From Gracilinanus agilis (lineage: Eukaryota), in contig NC_058133.1 of the NCBI RefSeq assembly GCF_016433145.1, positions 503,039,696-503,103,195 of the forward strand: 63,500 nt of DNA, read 5' to 3'. Both the position numbers and the translations under genes were made by a program. A model generated the notes under the pieces. That model searched no databases, was not told the origin of the DNA, and worked only from the letters and a program-made list of their open reading frames with translations. Position 1 is the first letter of the stretch, and the number at the start of each line of letters is the position of its first letter. Shown here piece by piece: positions 39,701 through 49,287 of this stretch.

Positions 39701-42222
39701 CCTGTTCAAAGACAAGGTGATGTGGGAGATGGAACAGCATCTAGAAAGAAGAGCTGAGGGGGATATGGGAGAGAGTGTCAAGGATTCTAAGGTTTCAAAT
39801 TTCAACAGCAAGAAATGTGGTTGTGCCCTCAACAGAAAGAAAAAACCAGGAGGACATCAAGTGAGAAAAAAAAATTCCATTTGAGATCCTCAGGGTTTGA
39901 GATGCCTGTGGGACATGCTGAGGATAGCTGGCATTGGAGACTAAGAGCTGCATCCAAATACTGAAGAGGATACTATGTTTAGTGATGTGAGGAGATGGGT
40001 GAAGGTTGCTCTAGAGAGCAATTACAAGAAGCAGGAAAGGACCAAGGACCCCCAGGTTAAGACAAACTACTGAAAGATAAATCTGGGATGGCATCAGTGA
40101 GTTTTTTGCTATTTCTCTCTTTGAGGGATGGTGAGGGGAGAGCACAAGCACTTGCTGAACTCAGGGGGGACATCATGGGTTTCGCACTCAGGGCAGGCAA
40201 TTCTACAAAGTGCCCCAGAAAACTTCCCCACCCCCACCTCGAGCCCCTTACGCGGCTGGTCAGTTCTTGGTTCAGGATCTTCACGTGATTCAGTAGAGAG
40301 GCTGTCTCTTTCCCATTGATTTTTTGGATGTTGGGGAGAAGGGAAGCGATCTTGTAATTGTCATTGACCTGGGTGTGAATACAGAGAGGAGCTCAGGACA
40401 CCGGTGAGCTGCCAACCCAAACCCCAACTCCAGTGTCTGAGGTAAAGTGGCCCCTGGGAGATTGCTGGGGGTCCAGATAACTTCCTTTAAGCCATAGGGC
40501 AAGTTTGTGGCTGAGCCAGGGCAATGGGCCAGGTCCCCTGAGACGGGTCTGATGCCCTTTCCACAGACCCTGCTGCTCTGCCCCTTCCATTCTGAGAGCC
40601 TGGGCAAGGAGCCTTGCCTTCCTGAGGCCTTTGTAGCTATCTGATTCTTTCTCAATCTTCCCCCAAGAGAATGCAAGCACCTGAGGTGCAGGGCTGAGGC
40701 AGGACCCCAGAAATAAAGGGCCCTCAAAGGCCATCAAGTCAGTCAACATTTATGAAGCACCTACTATGTGCCAGGCACTGTGCTAAGGGCTGGGAGAGAG
40801 GCAGGTAAAAGACAGTCTTTGCTGTCAAGTGTAATGGGGAGACCCTAAGCCAAGGATGACACACAACCAAGCCCGGCACTCACAAGAGGACAGGCTCACC
40901 AGCACTGTGTCACACATATACACCCGTATCCAAACCCTGCAGCACATGCGTGATACCCCAAACCTGCTGCAGGCATAACGCACTTGTTATATTACCTTGA
41001 TTCTACACACACAGGCTAACCTAGAAGTAATCAACAGAGGGAAAGCTCTAAAGCTCTTTTAAGAGCCCCAGCCTGCTTCGGAGAGGGGCTGTAAAGGAGG
41101 CCCAGGAGGGGTCCCCCGGGGCCCCTGCTGGATGGATGGATTCTGGGGCTGCTCACCGTCAGGCTGATGTTGTCCTCGAAGTCCACCTCCTCCAGCGCCG
41201 GGAACTGCTGCAGCGGGGTCAGGTCTTCCAGCTGGTTGTTGGCACAGCGGAGTACCTGCAGGCTGGGGAGGTCCAGGCCGTCGGGCAGCCGCTCCAACAG
41301 GTTGTCGGACAGGTCCAGCTCCCTCAGCTGCTTCAGCCTGTTGAGGAGTTTGAGGTCCAGGTCCTTCGTCTGGAGCTGGAGGTTTGACAAGCTGGAAAGG
41401 CGGGAAAGGAGGTGCGGGAGGTTGGAGGAGGCTCGGCCCAGGTTGCCCGGTGCTGTGCTTGGGGGCCCGCGGGGCGGGGGGCATCGGGAAGGGGTCTGGG
41501 CGGGCCCCTCTCCTGGTTTCCCATGACAAGGAAAGGACAGCTGGATGCCGGGGCGGCGGGCAGCGGCCGGGCAGAACCCACGGCAGGGACCAAGGCCCTG
41601 GGCCCGATCCTCAGGCCCCGGGGGCGGCGGCTCGAGCAGCGCCGGGCGCGGGGCAGAGGGACCAGGGCCCAGGGCCGGGGGTAATGAGCGCGACGCTGAC
41701 TGAGGACCGGCAGTTCAGGGGCGGGCCGGGAGGGGGGAGGGAGGGCACCGACACCGGCAGGGGCAGAAGCAGCTGGAAGACAGCAGAATCAGCTCGCTAG
41801 CGGTTTCGGTTTCGCCCGCATGTAAGAGGGGGAACAAGTACTATGGAGACAGACGCAAACACGCACGCACACACGGACGCGCCGCACGCACGCACACAAA
41901 GGCAACATACAGACGGACGCGGGCACGCACGGGCACAAGACACCATGCAGACGGACGCCGGCACGCAAACGCACACGGAAGCACCAAATGATCGTACGCA
42001 TGCGCACAAGGCACCGTAGACAGATGCGAGCACGCACGCGCACGCAAGTCTCCACCCCACCACCCCACACAAACACACCCCTACACCCACCCAGCCACCC
42101 ACCATATGTTATATACATACACACACACACACGCGTCCTCACTCAAGTTTCTTCAGTTTTCCGAGTCCTTCGGACTTGGGGTGTCCCCTCTGCAGCATCA
42201 ACGGAGTGTCAAGCCGGCCCAT
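30606..42222 (-). CDS. LRWD1: Leucine-rich repeat and WD repeat protein 1 (ORCA), 694 aa, 15 exons
   Basis: Exons 5'->3': 42222-42143, 41391-41157, 40368-40252, 37355-37215, 36085-35909, 34869-34687, 34499-34379, 34238-34129, 33990-33783, 33494-33422, 33337-33197, 32465-32374, 31965-31810, 31418-31309, 30746-30606. Total 2085 nt, phases consistent. N-terminal LRRs (LRELDLSDNLL) and WD40 motifs (LEPLHFLQCHSK, LWACAFEP, VATCGGEAVC, IAIWKKL*). Confidence 0.96.
31309..31418 (-). CDS. LRWD1: LRWD1 exon 14 (KAFVFCGDEEGSVWMY...APTK)
   Basis: cag|AG...AAG|gtaggc, 110 nt. Confidence 0.93.
31810..31965 (-). CDS. LRWD1: LRWD1 exon 13 (SKGCTPGSICLWSW...STCP)
   Basis: tag|CT...G|gtaagc, 156 nt. Confidence 0.93.
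32374..32465 (-). CDS. LRWD1: LRWD1 exon 12 (DCEMMFLFP...RVDGLGFVSEDVV)
   Basis: cag|A...G|gtaagt, 92 nt. Confidence 0.92.
33197..33337 (-). CDS. LRWD1: LRWD1 exon 11 (QLLVLD...PQKR)
   Basis: cag|C...AG|gtgagg, 141 nt. Confidence 0.93.
33422..33494 (-). CDS. LRWD1: LRWD1 exon 10 (ASYNKRISLWDIG...FRP)
   Basis: cag|CT...AG|gtaagc, 73 nt. Confidence 0.93.
33783..33990 (-). CDS. LRWD1: LRWD1 exon 9 (EFFTVAWT...ETHLF)
   Basis: cag|GAG...A|gtaagc, 208 nt. Confidence 0.94.
34129..34238 (-). CDS. LRWD1: LRWD1 exon 8 (SQTVATCGGEAVC...KVPGE)
   Basis: cag|GA...GAG|gtgagt, 110 nt. Confidence 0.93.
34379..34499 (-). CDS. LRWD1: LRWD1 exon 7 (EPVELEPLHFLQCHSK...WDEGT)
   Basis: cag|GAG...G|gtgagc, 121 nt. 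Confidence 0.92.
34687..34869 (-). CDS. LRWD1: LRWD1 exon 6 (VKLQAFKWKK...PSKKARP...VEGQ)
   Basis: cag|GTC...CAG|gtgagg, 183 nt; diverged linker. Confidence 0.8.
35909..36085 (-). CDS. LRWD1: LRWD1 exon 5 (VKMIAQKL...PSTPSTP...QQSL)
   Basis: cag|GTA...TTG|gtgagt, 177 nt. Confidence 0.82.
37215..37355 (-). CDS. LRWD1: LRWD1 exon 4 (VTAYWE...YGPESLSDFIQWK)
   Basis: tag|GTC...AAG|gtaaga, 141 nt. Confidence 0.93.
38610..39670 (+). mobile_element. CR1/L3 fragment with a SINE inserted at about 38992-39166
   Basis: 3' string ggcaaatttaggctcaaaatcaagaaaaacctcctaacaatt...; boundaries approximate. Confidence 0.55.
40252..40368 (-). CDS. LRWD1: LRWD1 exon 3 (VNDNYKIASLLP...ELTSR)
   Basis: cag|GTC...CGC|gtaagg, 117 nt. 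Confidence 0.93.
41157..41391 (-). CDS. LRWD1: LRWD1 exon 2 (LRR)
   Basis: cag|C...ACG|gtgagc, 235 nt. Confidence 0.95.
41851..42133. repeat. (GCAC/CA)n-rich alternating purine-pyrimidine tract in LRWD1 intron 1
   Basis: Direct reading. Confidence 0.85.
42143..42222 (-). CDS. LRWD1: LRWD1 exon 1 (MGRLDTPLMLQRGHPKSEGLGKLKKL)
   Basis: Kozak GGCGGCCATGG; donor GA|gtgagg. Confidence 0.9.
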
Positions 42223-42501
42223 GGCCGCCGACCTGGCCTTCGTGAACACACCCTGCCTCCCTGCTACGAGGCCTTGTCGGTTCCCTGAGCTCAACCGAAG
42301 CCGGGGCTTGGAGCAGCGACCTAGGCCTCGGCCAGGCGGTTCGTGCAAGAGAGGCTTGCAGTACGGTGTCAGGATGGCCAGGCCGAACAGGATCCCACGT
42401 GTTTTAACCCCGCGGGACTACTACTCCCAGCGGTCCCCGCGGCCCGCGCCTGCGCACACGCTCCGCTGAGGCTGCCAGTCGGGAGGTACTTTGGGCACGG
42501 C
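42223..42501. promoter_or_regulatory. Bidirectional CpG-island promoter shared by LRWD1 and ALKBH4
   Basis: Only 279 bp between the divergent ATGs; GGACTACTACTCCCAGC (ZNF143/THAP11-like) 42415-42431; GCGCCTGCGCA (NRF1-like) 42446-42456. Confidence 0.85.
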
Positions 42502-42609
42502 ATGGCGGCGGCGCCGCTGCCGCGGTGCTGCGGCTGCAAAGGGGTCCGGACCTGCCTGGTGTGCGAGCTGGAGCGAGGCGGTGGCACGCCTGGAACCCTG
42601 TACCCCCAG
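42502..42609 (+). CDS. ALKBH4: ALKBH4 exon 1
   Basis: ggcATGG...CAG|gtggga, 108 nt. Confidence 0.92.
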
Positions 42610-45318
42610 GTGGGAGTGGGCGGGGCGGGGGCACCGGGGATGTAAATGGGGGCGCCGGCCAGGCCCCCCAGTCTGCCTGGTCGCTGGCTTTGGCCTAAGG
42701 AGCGAGCCCTTGCCGTCGCTTTTTCCATTTCATTGATGGGCAGACTGAGACTCCTTCCATTTCGGTCCTGTCATTCTCTCCCCAGCCCCCAGCCCTAAAT
42801 TCTCCCCCGAATGGGGGGGGCGGGATTCTCCCGTGGGAAACCCTGGTCCGTACCCCTAGCCGTGACATTCCATCCGCGCTCTGCTTCTCTTGGGCAGTGT
42901 TGGGGAAGGGGGAGTGCTAGTCCCCCTTCATATGATCTCACTTCCTCCGCCTGGCCCGCCCCATCTCAATTCCGCGGACAGCTGGACAGTGGGTGGCCCT
43001 GGGTGGACCGAGCCCTGTGATCAGAGGTTATTATAGTCTTCGCTTCCTGTGGAGTTGAGGGGCGGGGCGGGGCAGGGCAGGATTGGACTGGGCAGATCCC
43101 CCGGGGCTAAGCTGGGGTCACACTGGACAGCTGCCCTTCTTTCCAAGCTGCCTCCCTCCTCCACGAAGGCCCCCTCGACCCCTCTGGGCCCTTGTGCACA
43201 GGCCCCTCCCTTTCCCACCCCCAACCTTCTTCAGAACTTTCTGATTGTCCTGTTGTATAGTGGTTGCACGTGTCCACGGGTGTTCTAGACCCCGACCACA
43301 CTAGGGTATGAAGACAGGCCGAGCTTGTTAAGTTTGTGGAATTGGGACGTGGGTGACTCAGGGGAAGCCTAGAAGAGAACAAGAGGAGGAAGAAACCGAG
43401 GACAAGCGGATCACATGGCCCAGTCCCTGGAAAGGTCCCCAAGGGGCTTCTGGGGGATTGACTTGAGGACAGTTTGGTAGCACTGATGAGGCCAGAGATG
43501 AAGCCAGTGATAAAGTGGGAGCAGGGGAAGGGCAGAGAAGGCAAGAGAAAAATAGAGTATTAAAACATTCCTAGCTTTCTGGAAGAATGGGTAAGGGATC
43601 TGAAATGTGAATGCTGCCCAGGGGCAGCTAGGTGGTGCTGCAGATCTGGCCTCAGATCCCTAATTGGTCCCATTTCACCTCTGCCTGCCTCCCTTTGCTT
43701 CTCTGTAAAATAAGGAATTCCAACAGCACCTCCCTCCCAAGGGTTGTGGTGAGAAACAAGAGATAATTGTAAAGCACTTAACACAGAGTCTGTGCTTGTT
43801 TCCTTCCATCCCTTCCCTGGTGAGCACATAGAGATTGTGGAGACCTGACCCTCGAAAAGAAACCTTTCTCATTCCCAGACCTTGTGTCTTTTCCTTTGCA
43901 GAAGACAGCCCATTTCATCTATTGTTTAGAAACAGGTTTGGCTGTAGGAACAGAGAAATCAGGATTTGCTGGCTGGGCTTTTCCTTTCCCTGGAGTTGCT
44001 ATGATAAAGGACTTTGTTAGTGCCGATGAGGAGGCGGAGCTGGTTCGGTTAATGGATCAGGATGACTGGAAACTTTCACAGTCTGGAAGAAGGAAACAGG
44101 TACAGTGTCTGCTGGGCTTATCTGTAAGAAATGGAATCAGCCACAGGTTGTTGATCAAAACTGATACCCATTTCCTTCTTCCTGTGTATTGCTCTTGCTA
44201 TGACACAGCACTTCCTGGGCATGTTATGTACTGATAATGGGGTCCTCCCCCAAAGTCTTCAGTAGAAGTCCAAGTTTGGGCCACTTGAAACACCAGATTT
44301 TGTCTTAGAAGTTGCTCAGGCTGGAGGGCTCATCACCAACAAGGGGTGACCATTTTGGCCACAGTAGCCCCTGAAGTCCATCTCCTGAGATGTGCAGGGA
44401 GCCCTTACACTGCTAAAAAAAAAACCCAATTTTTGGAAGGAGGGGGTAGTAAAGCTGCCCAGGCCCTGTAGCACAGAGAGAGGATTGGTGGCCCCCAAAG
44501 TCCAGAGATTAATGCCTGTCATTCCACTCTGGCCAGTTTAGGCTAGAAATCCAGTCTGCCTGGATATGGATACCTTTTGCTCCTTAACTCCTGAGACACT
44601 TGGCTCTGATTTATTTAGTGAGGAAATGTGCTGGCTGTGAAATTTTTTGAAGTGAAAATCACCATCCCTTTCTCCTTGCCCTCCTCTGTTTCTCCCGCTT
44701 TTATAGGACTATGGCCCCAAAGTCAATTTTAGGAAACAGAAGCTGAAACCTGGTGGCTTTAATGGCCTGCCCAGCTTCAGCCGTGAGATTGTCCAGAGAA
44801 TGGGGCAGCATCCTATCCTGGAGAGGTTCCTGCCCGTTGAACAGTGTAACCTGGACTATCATCCAGAGCGAGGCTCTGCGATTGATCCCCACTTGGATGA
44901 CTCCTGGCTCTGGGGAGAACGGCTGGTCAGCCTCAATCTGCTCTCACCCACCGTGTTGTCCATGTCTCAGGATTCCAACCAGACACTTCAGTTACTCTCT
45001 GTGGCCCAGCAGGGAACAAGGAACTCCACAGCAAATGACCCAAAGCCAAGAGACCCCGAGGGCACAGATTCCAGGAGGTCTGTTCCATGTGACCAGGTGG
45101 AAGTGGCCATCCACTTACCTGCTAGGTCCCTGCTTGTATTGTTTGGGGCTGCTCGCCATCAGTGGAAGCACGCCATCCACCGGCAGCATATTGAGAGCCA
45201 CCGAATCTGTGCCACCTTTCGGGAGCTGTCAGCCGAGTTCTGTCCTGGAGGAAAGCATGGAGAACTAGGGCAGGAACTTCTGGAAATAGCTCTGTCATTT
45301 CAAGGAAAACCTGTGTGA
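42502..45318 (+). CDS. ALKBH4: AlkB homolog 4, Fe(II)/2-oxoglutarate dioxygenase (305 aa), 3 exons
   Basis: Exons 42502-42609, 43902-44099, 44707-45318 = 918 nt; N-terminal CGCKGVRTCLVC, WKLSQSGRRKQDYGPKVNF, iron ligands IDPHLDD and WKHAIH, C-terminal LSFQGKPV*. Confidence 0.97.
43902..44099 (+). CDS. ALKBH4: ALKBH4 exon 2
   Basis: cag|AAG...CAG|gtacag, 198 nt. Confidence 0.95.
44707..45318 (+). CDS. ALKBH4: ALKBH4 exon 3
   Basis: tag|GAC...TGA, 612 nt. Confidence 0.96.
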   Translation, partial: DYGPKVNFRKQKLKPGGFNGLPSFSREIVQRMGQHPILERFLPVEQCNLDYHPERGSAIDPHLDDSWLWGERLVSLNLLSPTVLSMSQDSNQTLQLLSVAQQGTRNSTANDPKPRDPEGTDSRRSVPCDQVEVAIHLPARSLLVLFGAARHQWKHAIHRQHIESHRICATFRELSAEFCPGGKHGELGQELLEIALSFQGKPV

Positions 45319-46634
45319 CTGGCCCAGAGAAAAGGAGCCAACGGATGGGTCAAAAACCAGCCGTCCAGGACCAGCTGCCATCTTTGAAAATGGTGGATTC
45401 ATAACAGAGAACTTATTTTAACTCTACAATTTTTTTAAACACTCACTCCAAACCCTAAGTCCAAAAGGGGCATTGTTTAGTCCTGCTCCATTGTCATACT
45501 TCTTGGGGAACTCTAATCTTTCACTGTTTGTTTGTTTGTTTGTTTTTGAAAGAAGCTAGGCTAAGGGCTTTGAGGGTGCTTTGAGGTGGAGCTGGAAAGA
45601 GCCAGAAGAATTAGGATGGGGAGTGGGGTGCTCCACCAAGTGGCTGGGCCACCCTGAATTTACTACACCCTGGATCTGGCCCCTTTTTTCATGGACCTTC
45701 ACCTATGAACAATTTAATGAAAAAGGCCTCTGACCAAGTACATCTACCTCACCCAAATCATTGTAAGACTAATGGGGGCATTCTAAATATAGGCAACATT
45801 CCAGGAAAGATGATAAGTATCATTAAATGTCTATTTTTATAAGTTCTGAGAAGGTGATGGAAGTATGAACTGCCCGACCCCATTCATCTGAGTGACAGAC
45901 CTGCTGGTGCAATAACCAACTCCTGTGTGAAACCATGCAAATCTGGTGTGAGTTGGGCAGCTTTCCCTGGGGTAGGAGTTGGGGGGGGCTCAGCAGGGTT
46001 TCAGATGCCCTTTCACAAGACCCAATGGAAAGGATGACCTAGTTGTAAGAAGCTTTCTTGAGAAGGAAGAAGACCCAACATCCTTCAGTATGTGTAGAGA
46101 ACATAGGGATTCAGGTCTCTTGTTAGACAATCAGATATTCCCATATTTCTGTAGATGGCATTAGAAACATTCCTACATGCCGGATGGTACCACATGCAGG
46201 AGCACTGTTGGAGCAACTTTGATTTTCTCTGCACCTCAGGGAAAGTTAATTTTAGAGATATAATGGGGCTCAGACCCAAATGGTTCTTTCTGGGAACAAG
46301 GCCTGCCAAGCTCCTTCCATTTAAGTCCAGCTTCATGGCCACCCCTGGATCTATGACACAGAGGAGGTGGCAGTCCCCGGGAACCATGGGCAAACGGCTA
46401 AGGTGGCTGGGGCTTCGCCGTGTGCTGCATCCCTATGCCGCCAGCCTCTTTCATTTTGCCTTAACATGGGTATTTGGGGATTAGCACACACCCGATGTTG
46501 GTATGTTCTCCTACCAGAAGGCTGTTGCTCTTAATCCCATGCCACATTTCTACAGATCCCTTGGCTTCTTTTAACATTGGAGTAGACCTATTTTGTGAGT
46601 TGGCAGCATTCGTATTTTTAGGGCCTTAAACTGC

Positions 46635-46640
46635 AATAAA
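46635..46640 (+). terminator. Probable ALKBH4 poly(A) signal AATAAA (ATTAAA at 46658; further AATAAA at 46910)
   Basis: Hexamers about 1.3 kb after the stop. Confidence 0.55.
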
Positions 46641-48015
46641 CTAATATAAAATTCTGCATTAAAAAAGAATTCTAGAATTGAGAGGGCCCATAAAGGGTCA
46701 CTCACTCCACTCCCCTTATCTGCCGGGTTCATCTGTAGAAAGAGGAAATGATTTGTCTAAAATCACCCAGCTAGTCCCCAACAGAGTTGGAATGGGAACC
46801 AAAAATTTAGAAAGTACTCTCTCCTTTGAATCCATCTTCTCTGTTTCCTTCATGGCTTTCTGAAGAATGTCATTCCATTTAATAGTGCATTTTGATGTAA
46901 GGACATGATAATAAATCTTATTCTGATCCTTTACTTCAGGATGGCTTCAGAAAATAGATTTGTTTATTTTTTTTAATTCTAAATTTGGGCACAGGCTAAC
47001 CAATGAGAATTTATTCAAGTGAGCTGTGATTCTTCAGATCCCCTGCCCGACCTGGCAAGGGTACTTCAGCTCCTCTGCCCAGCCCTGTCAGGGTATTCCA
47101 GTTCCCATACAAGAACCCCCATGGGGTTCTTCCAGACTGAAATAGGCACAAGAAATCTAGCCCAATCCCTGTCTCTAAGACCCCAGGGAAACCAAGCTAG
47201 TTCTAACGCCAAGCCTAGAGGTCAGGTCAACACAGGTTTTAAGTGACTTGGGGAGATTCAGAGTGAGCCAGGGGTTCTTCATCTGGGGTCTGAACTGGAT
47301 TTTTAAAAAAAAAACTTGATCTTTTATTATATTCAACAAATTTGGTGTAATGCTTTATATTATATGCATCGAAAAAGATGCTTTTTGAGAAGGGTTTTAT
47401 AGGCTTCATCCCAAGGGATCCATGCCACAAAGTCAAGACCCCTTTTCCTAGAGCACCCTGGGGCCAGCAGTTTGGCCCTACAGCCAGTTCTGTTTCCCCA
47501 AGTCTACTATCCTTGGCCAGGCCAAAGAAGCATTATCCCAGGCTAGCTTAGGCCTGGCTCAGGAGCTGCACCACTAGATTTAAGACGCCTACCTGTTCCT
47601 CTTACCTCAGGTCCCCTTACATGTAGGTAGGATTATTTTGATGGGATAACAAAGCAAATCGTTACTGGCCTCAGAGTGTTCCCCTCTTCTCCTGTGGGAA
47701 AGAAGGCCAGTCCAACTTTGGAGTTGTGGGCTCAGCCCAGAACAGCCAGTGATTGGATCACAAACCAAACATCTCTTCAGTTTGGTTTATCCCAGTCCAG
47801 GTCTCACTTCCTTGTGGAGAAAGGTGTTTGTGTGCTCTCTTTAAGAGGATACCATCCACCATTTCCCATCAGCCAAGTCAGTAGTGTTCTCATAGTTCTA
47901 AAAAGTCATGGCCTGAAGACAATTCTGTATTTTATAGCTATGTGAGTGGCTATTAAAACCAAATACAAGACACCACCAGAAGTAACGAGTAAGATAACTT
48001 GGCAACATCCTAGCA

Positions 48016-48355
48016 TGGTGATGGCAAACCTATGACACATGTGTCAGCACTGACACATACAGCTATTTTCGATGACACTCGGCCTCATACAGAGAAGTAC
48101 GGGGCCGCACGCTGAGGATGAAACATTTGCTGTAGTGTAGACACTCTGTACCCTAAAGATGACAATTCTACCTCTATTAATTGACCTATTTTGGTTTATT
48201 AAATACAGTTATATGTTACAATTATACATTTTTGTTATTTAAACTATAAATATCACAAATTTATGGTTTTTTCCTCGAAGTGACACACTGCCCAAGTGAT
48301 GCTCGGTTTTTGGGAGAATTTTGACACACCAAGTTCAAAAGGTTGCCCATCACAG
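48016..48355. mobile_element. Non-autonomous Charlie-type hAT DNA transposon (MITE), OC1/OposCharlie1-like
   Basis: 340 bp; 16-bp TIRs tggtgatggcaaacct / aggttgcccatcacag; perfect 8-bp TSD TCCTAGCA at 48008-48015 and 48356-48363; subterminal palindrome tgacacatgtgtca 48033-48046. Confidence 0.88.
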
Positions 48356-49281
48356 TCCTAGCATGATGATTGCTGTGGACTTTCAACAAGTGTGGAGATC
48401 TGGGAAATTAAAAAAAAAACCTGAAACCCTAAAACAATTGCTGTCAGCTACTATATTACATTTCCCAAATACAGGTTAGAATCAGAATGTTAGTACTAAG
48501 GGGGCCCTTGGAGACCTCTAGGTCCAGTTTTCATCCCTCCTTCCCCCTTTGAAGAGAAGGAAATGAGGACCAGTATCTCGTAGCTGGAATTTGAACCTAG
48601 TCCTCTTCGTGTCTAGTCTAGGGCTTTTTTCCCTTTAGCAGCCAGAGCCCTGAAAAGTGAAGCCCCAAATAGTTTTCCTCAAAAGGGACCTATATTGAAG
48701 TTATTTTAACAGGGCAGTAATACCATCTAGCAGAAATGATGTGAGACTGGTCGAAACCAATGGGGCTCATTCATGGGTCAGTCAGAACTGATCATTTGTT
48801 CCCATTCGATTCAGCTGGAACGGAGGTTCTGCTCCACCCAATCCAGATAGATGCCAACTCATCTTTACCCATAGACTTTGGCAGTTCCTCTGGTGGAATG
48901 CCAATCCCTTCCCCCTCAAAGGGAAAACAGCAGAGGAAGTAGAGTCCCAGACAAAAGGGTGAAAATGCCAAGCACTGGCATCGTCTTAATTGGTTTGATT
49001 TGGAGAAAGTCATCTCATCTTGAGAGGTAAAATGTCCTTCTGTGCAACAGAACTGGAGCCATTTCTGAGTTGTTAAGGCTATATAAAGAAGCAGTCGGGC
49101 AAGACTTTTGGTTAGGAGGATCCAGGGGTCCTTTAGAGAAGGGTAGATAAACACATCCCCATGGTGAAGAGTCAATCCTTGGACCCAAGGGAATGGGCTT
49201 AATGGCCTCCTAAGGTCACATCCATCCGTGTGATTCTATGAAACTACACAACACTGGACAAGCTTTTTATAGCTTCAGTTA

Positions 49282-49287
49282 TTTATT
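49282..49287 (-). terminator. Probable ORAI2 poly(A) signal (AATAAA on minus strand)
   Basis: tttatt on +; downstream minus-strand sequence ttgtccagttgtgtgtagttt is GU-rich. Confidence 0.55.

Noticed and set aside
42223-42501. Upstream in-frame TTG (42348, LRWD1) and GTG (42343, ALKBH4) extensions
   Set aside because: They overlap each other across the promoter core and are probably upstream of the TSSs; both ATGs have good Kozak context.
45316-45387. ALKBH4 stop-codon readthrough (TGA CTGG, 22-aa extension)
   Set aside because: Not the TGA-CTAG motif, and no evidence of conservation visible here.
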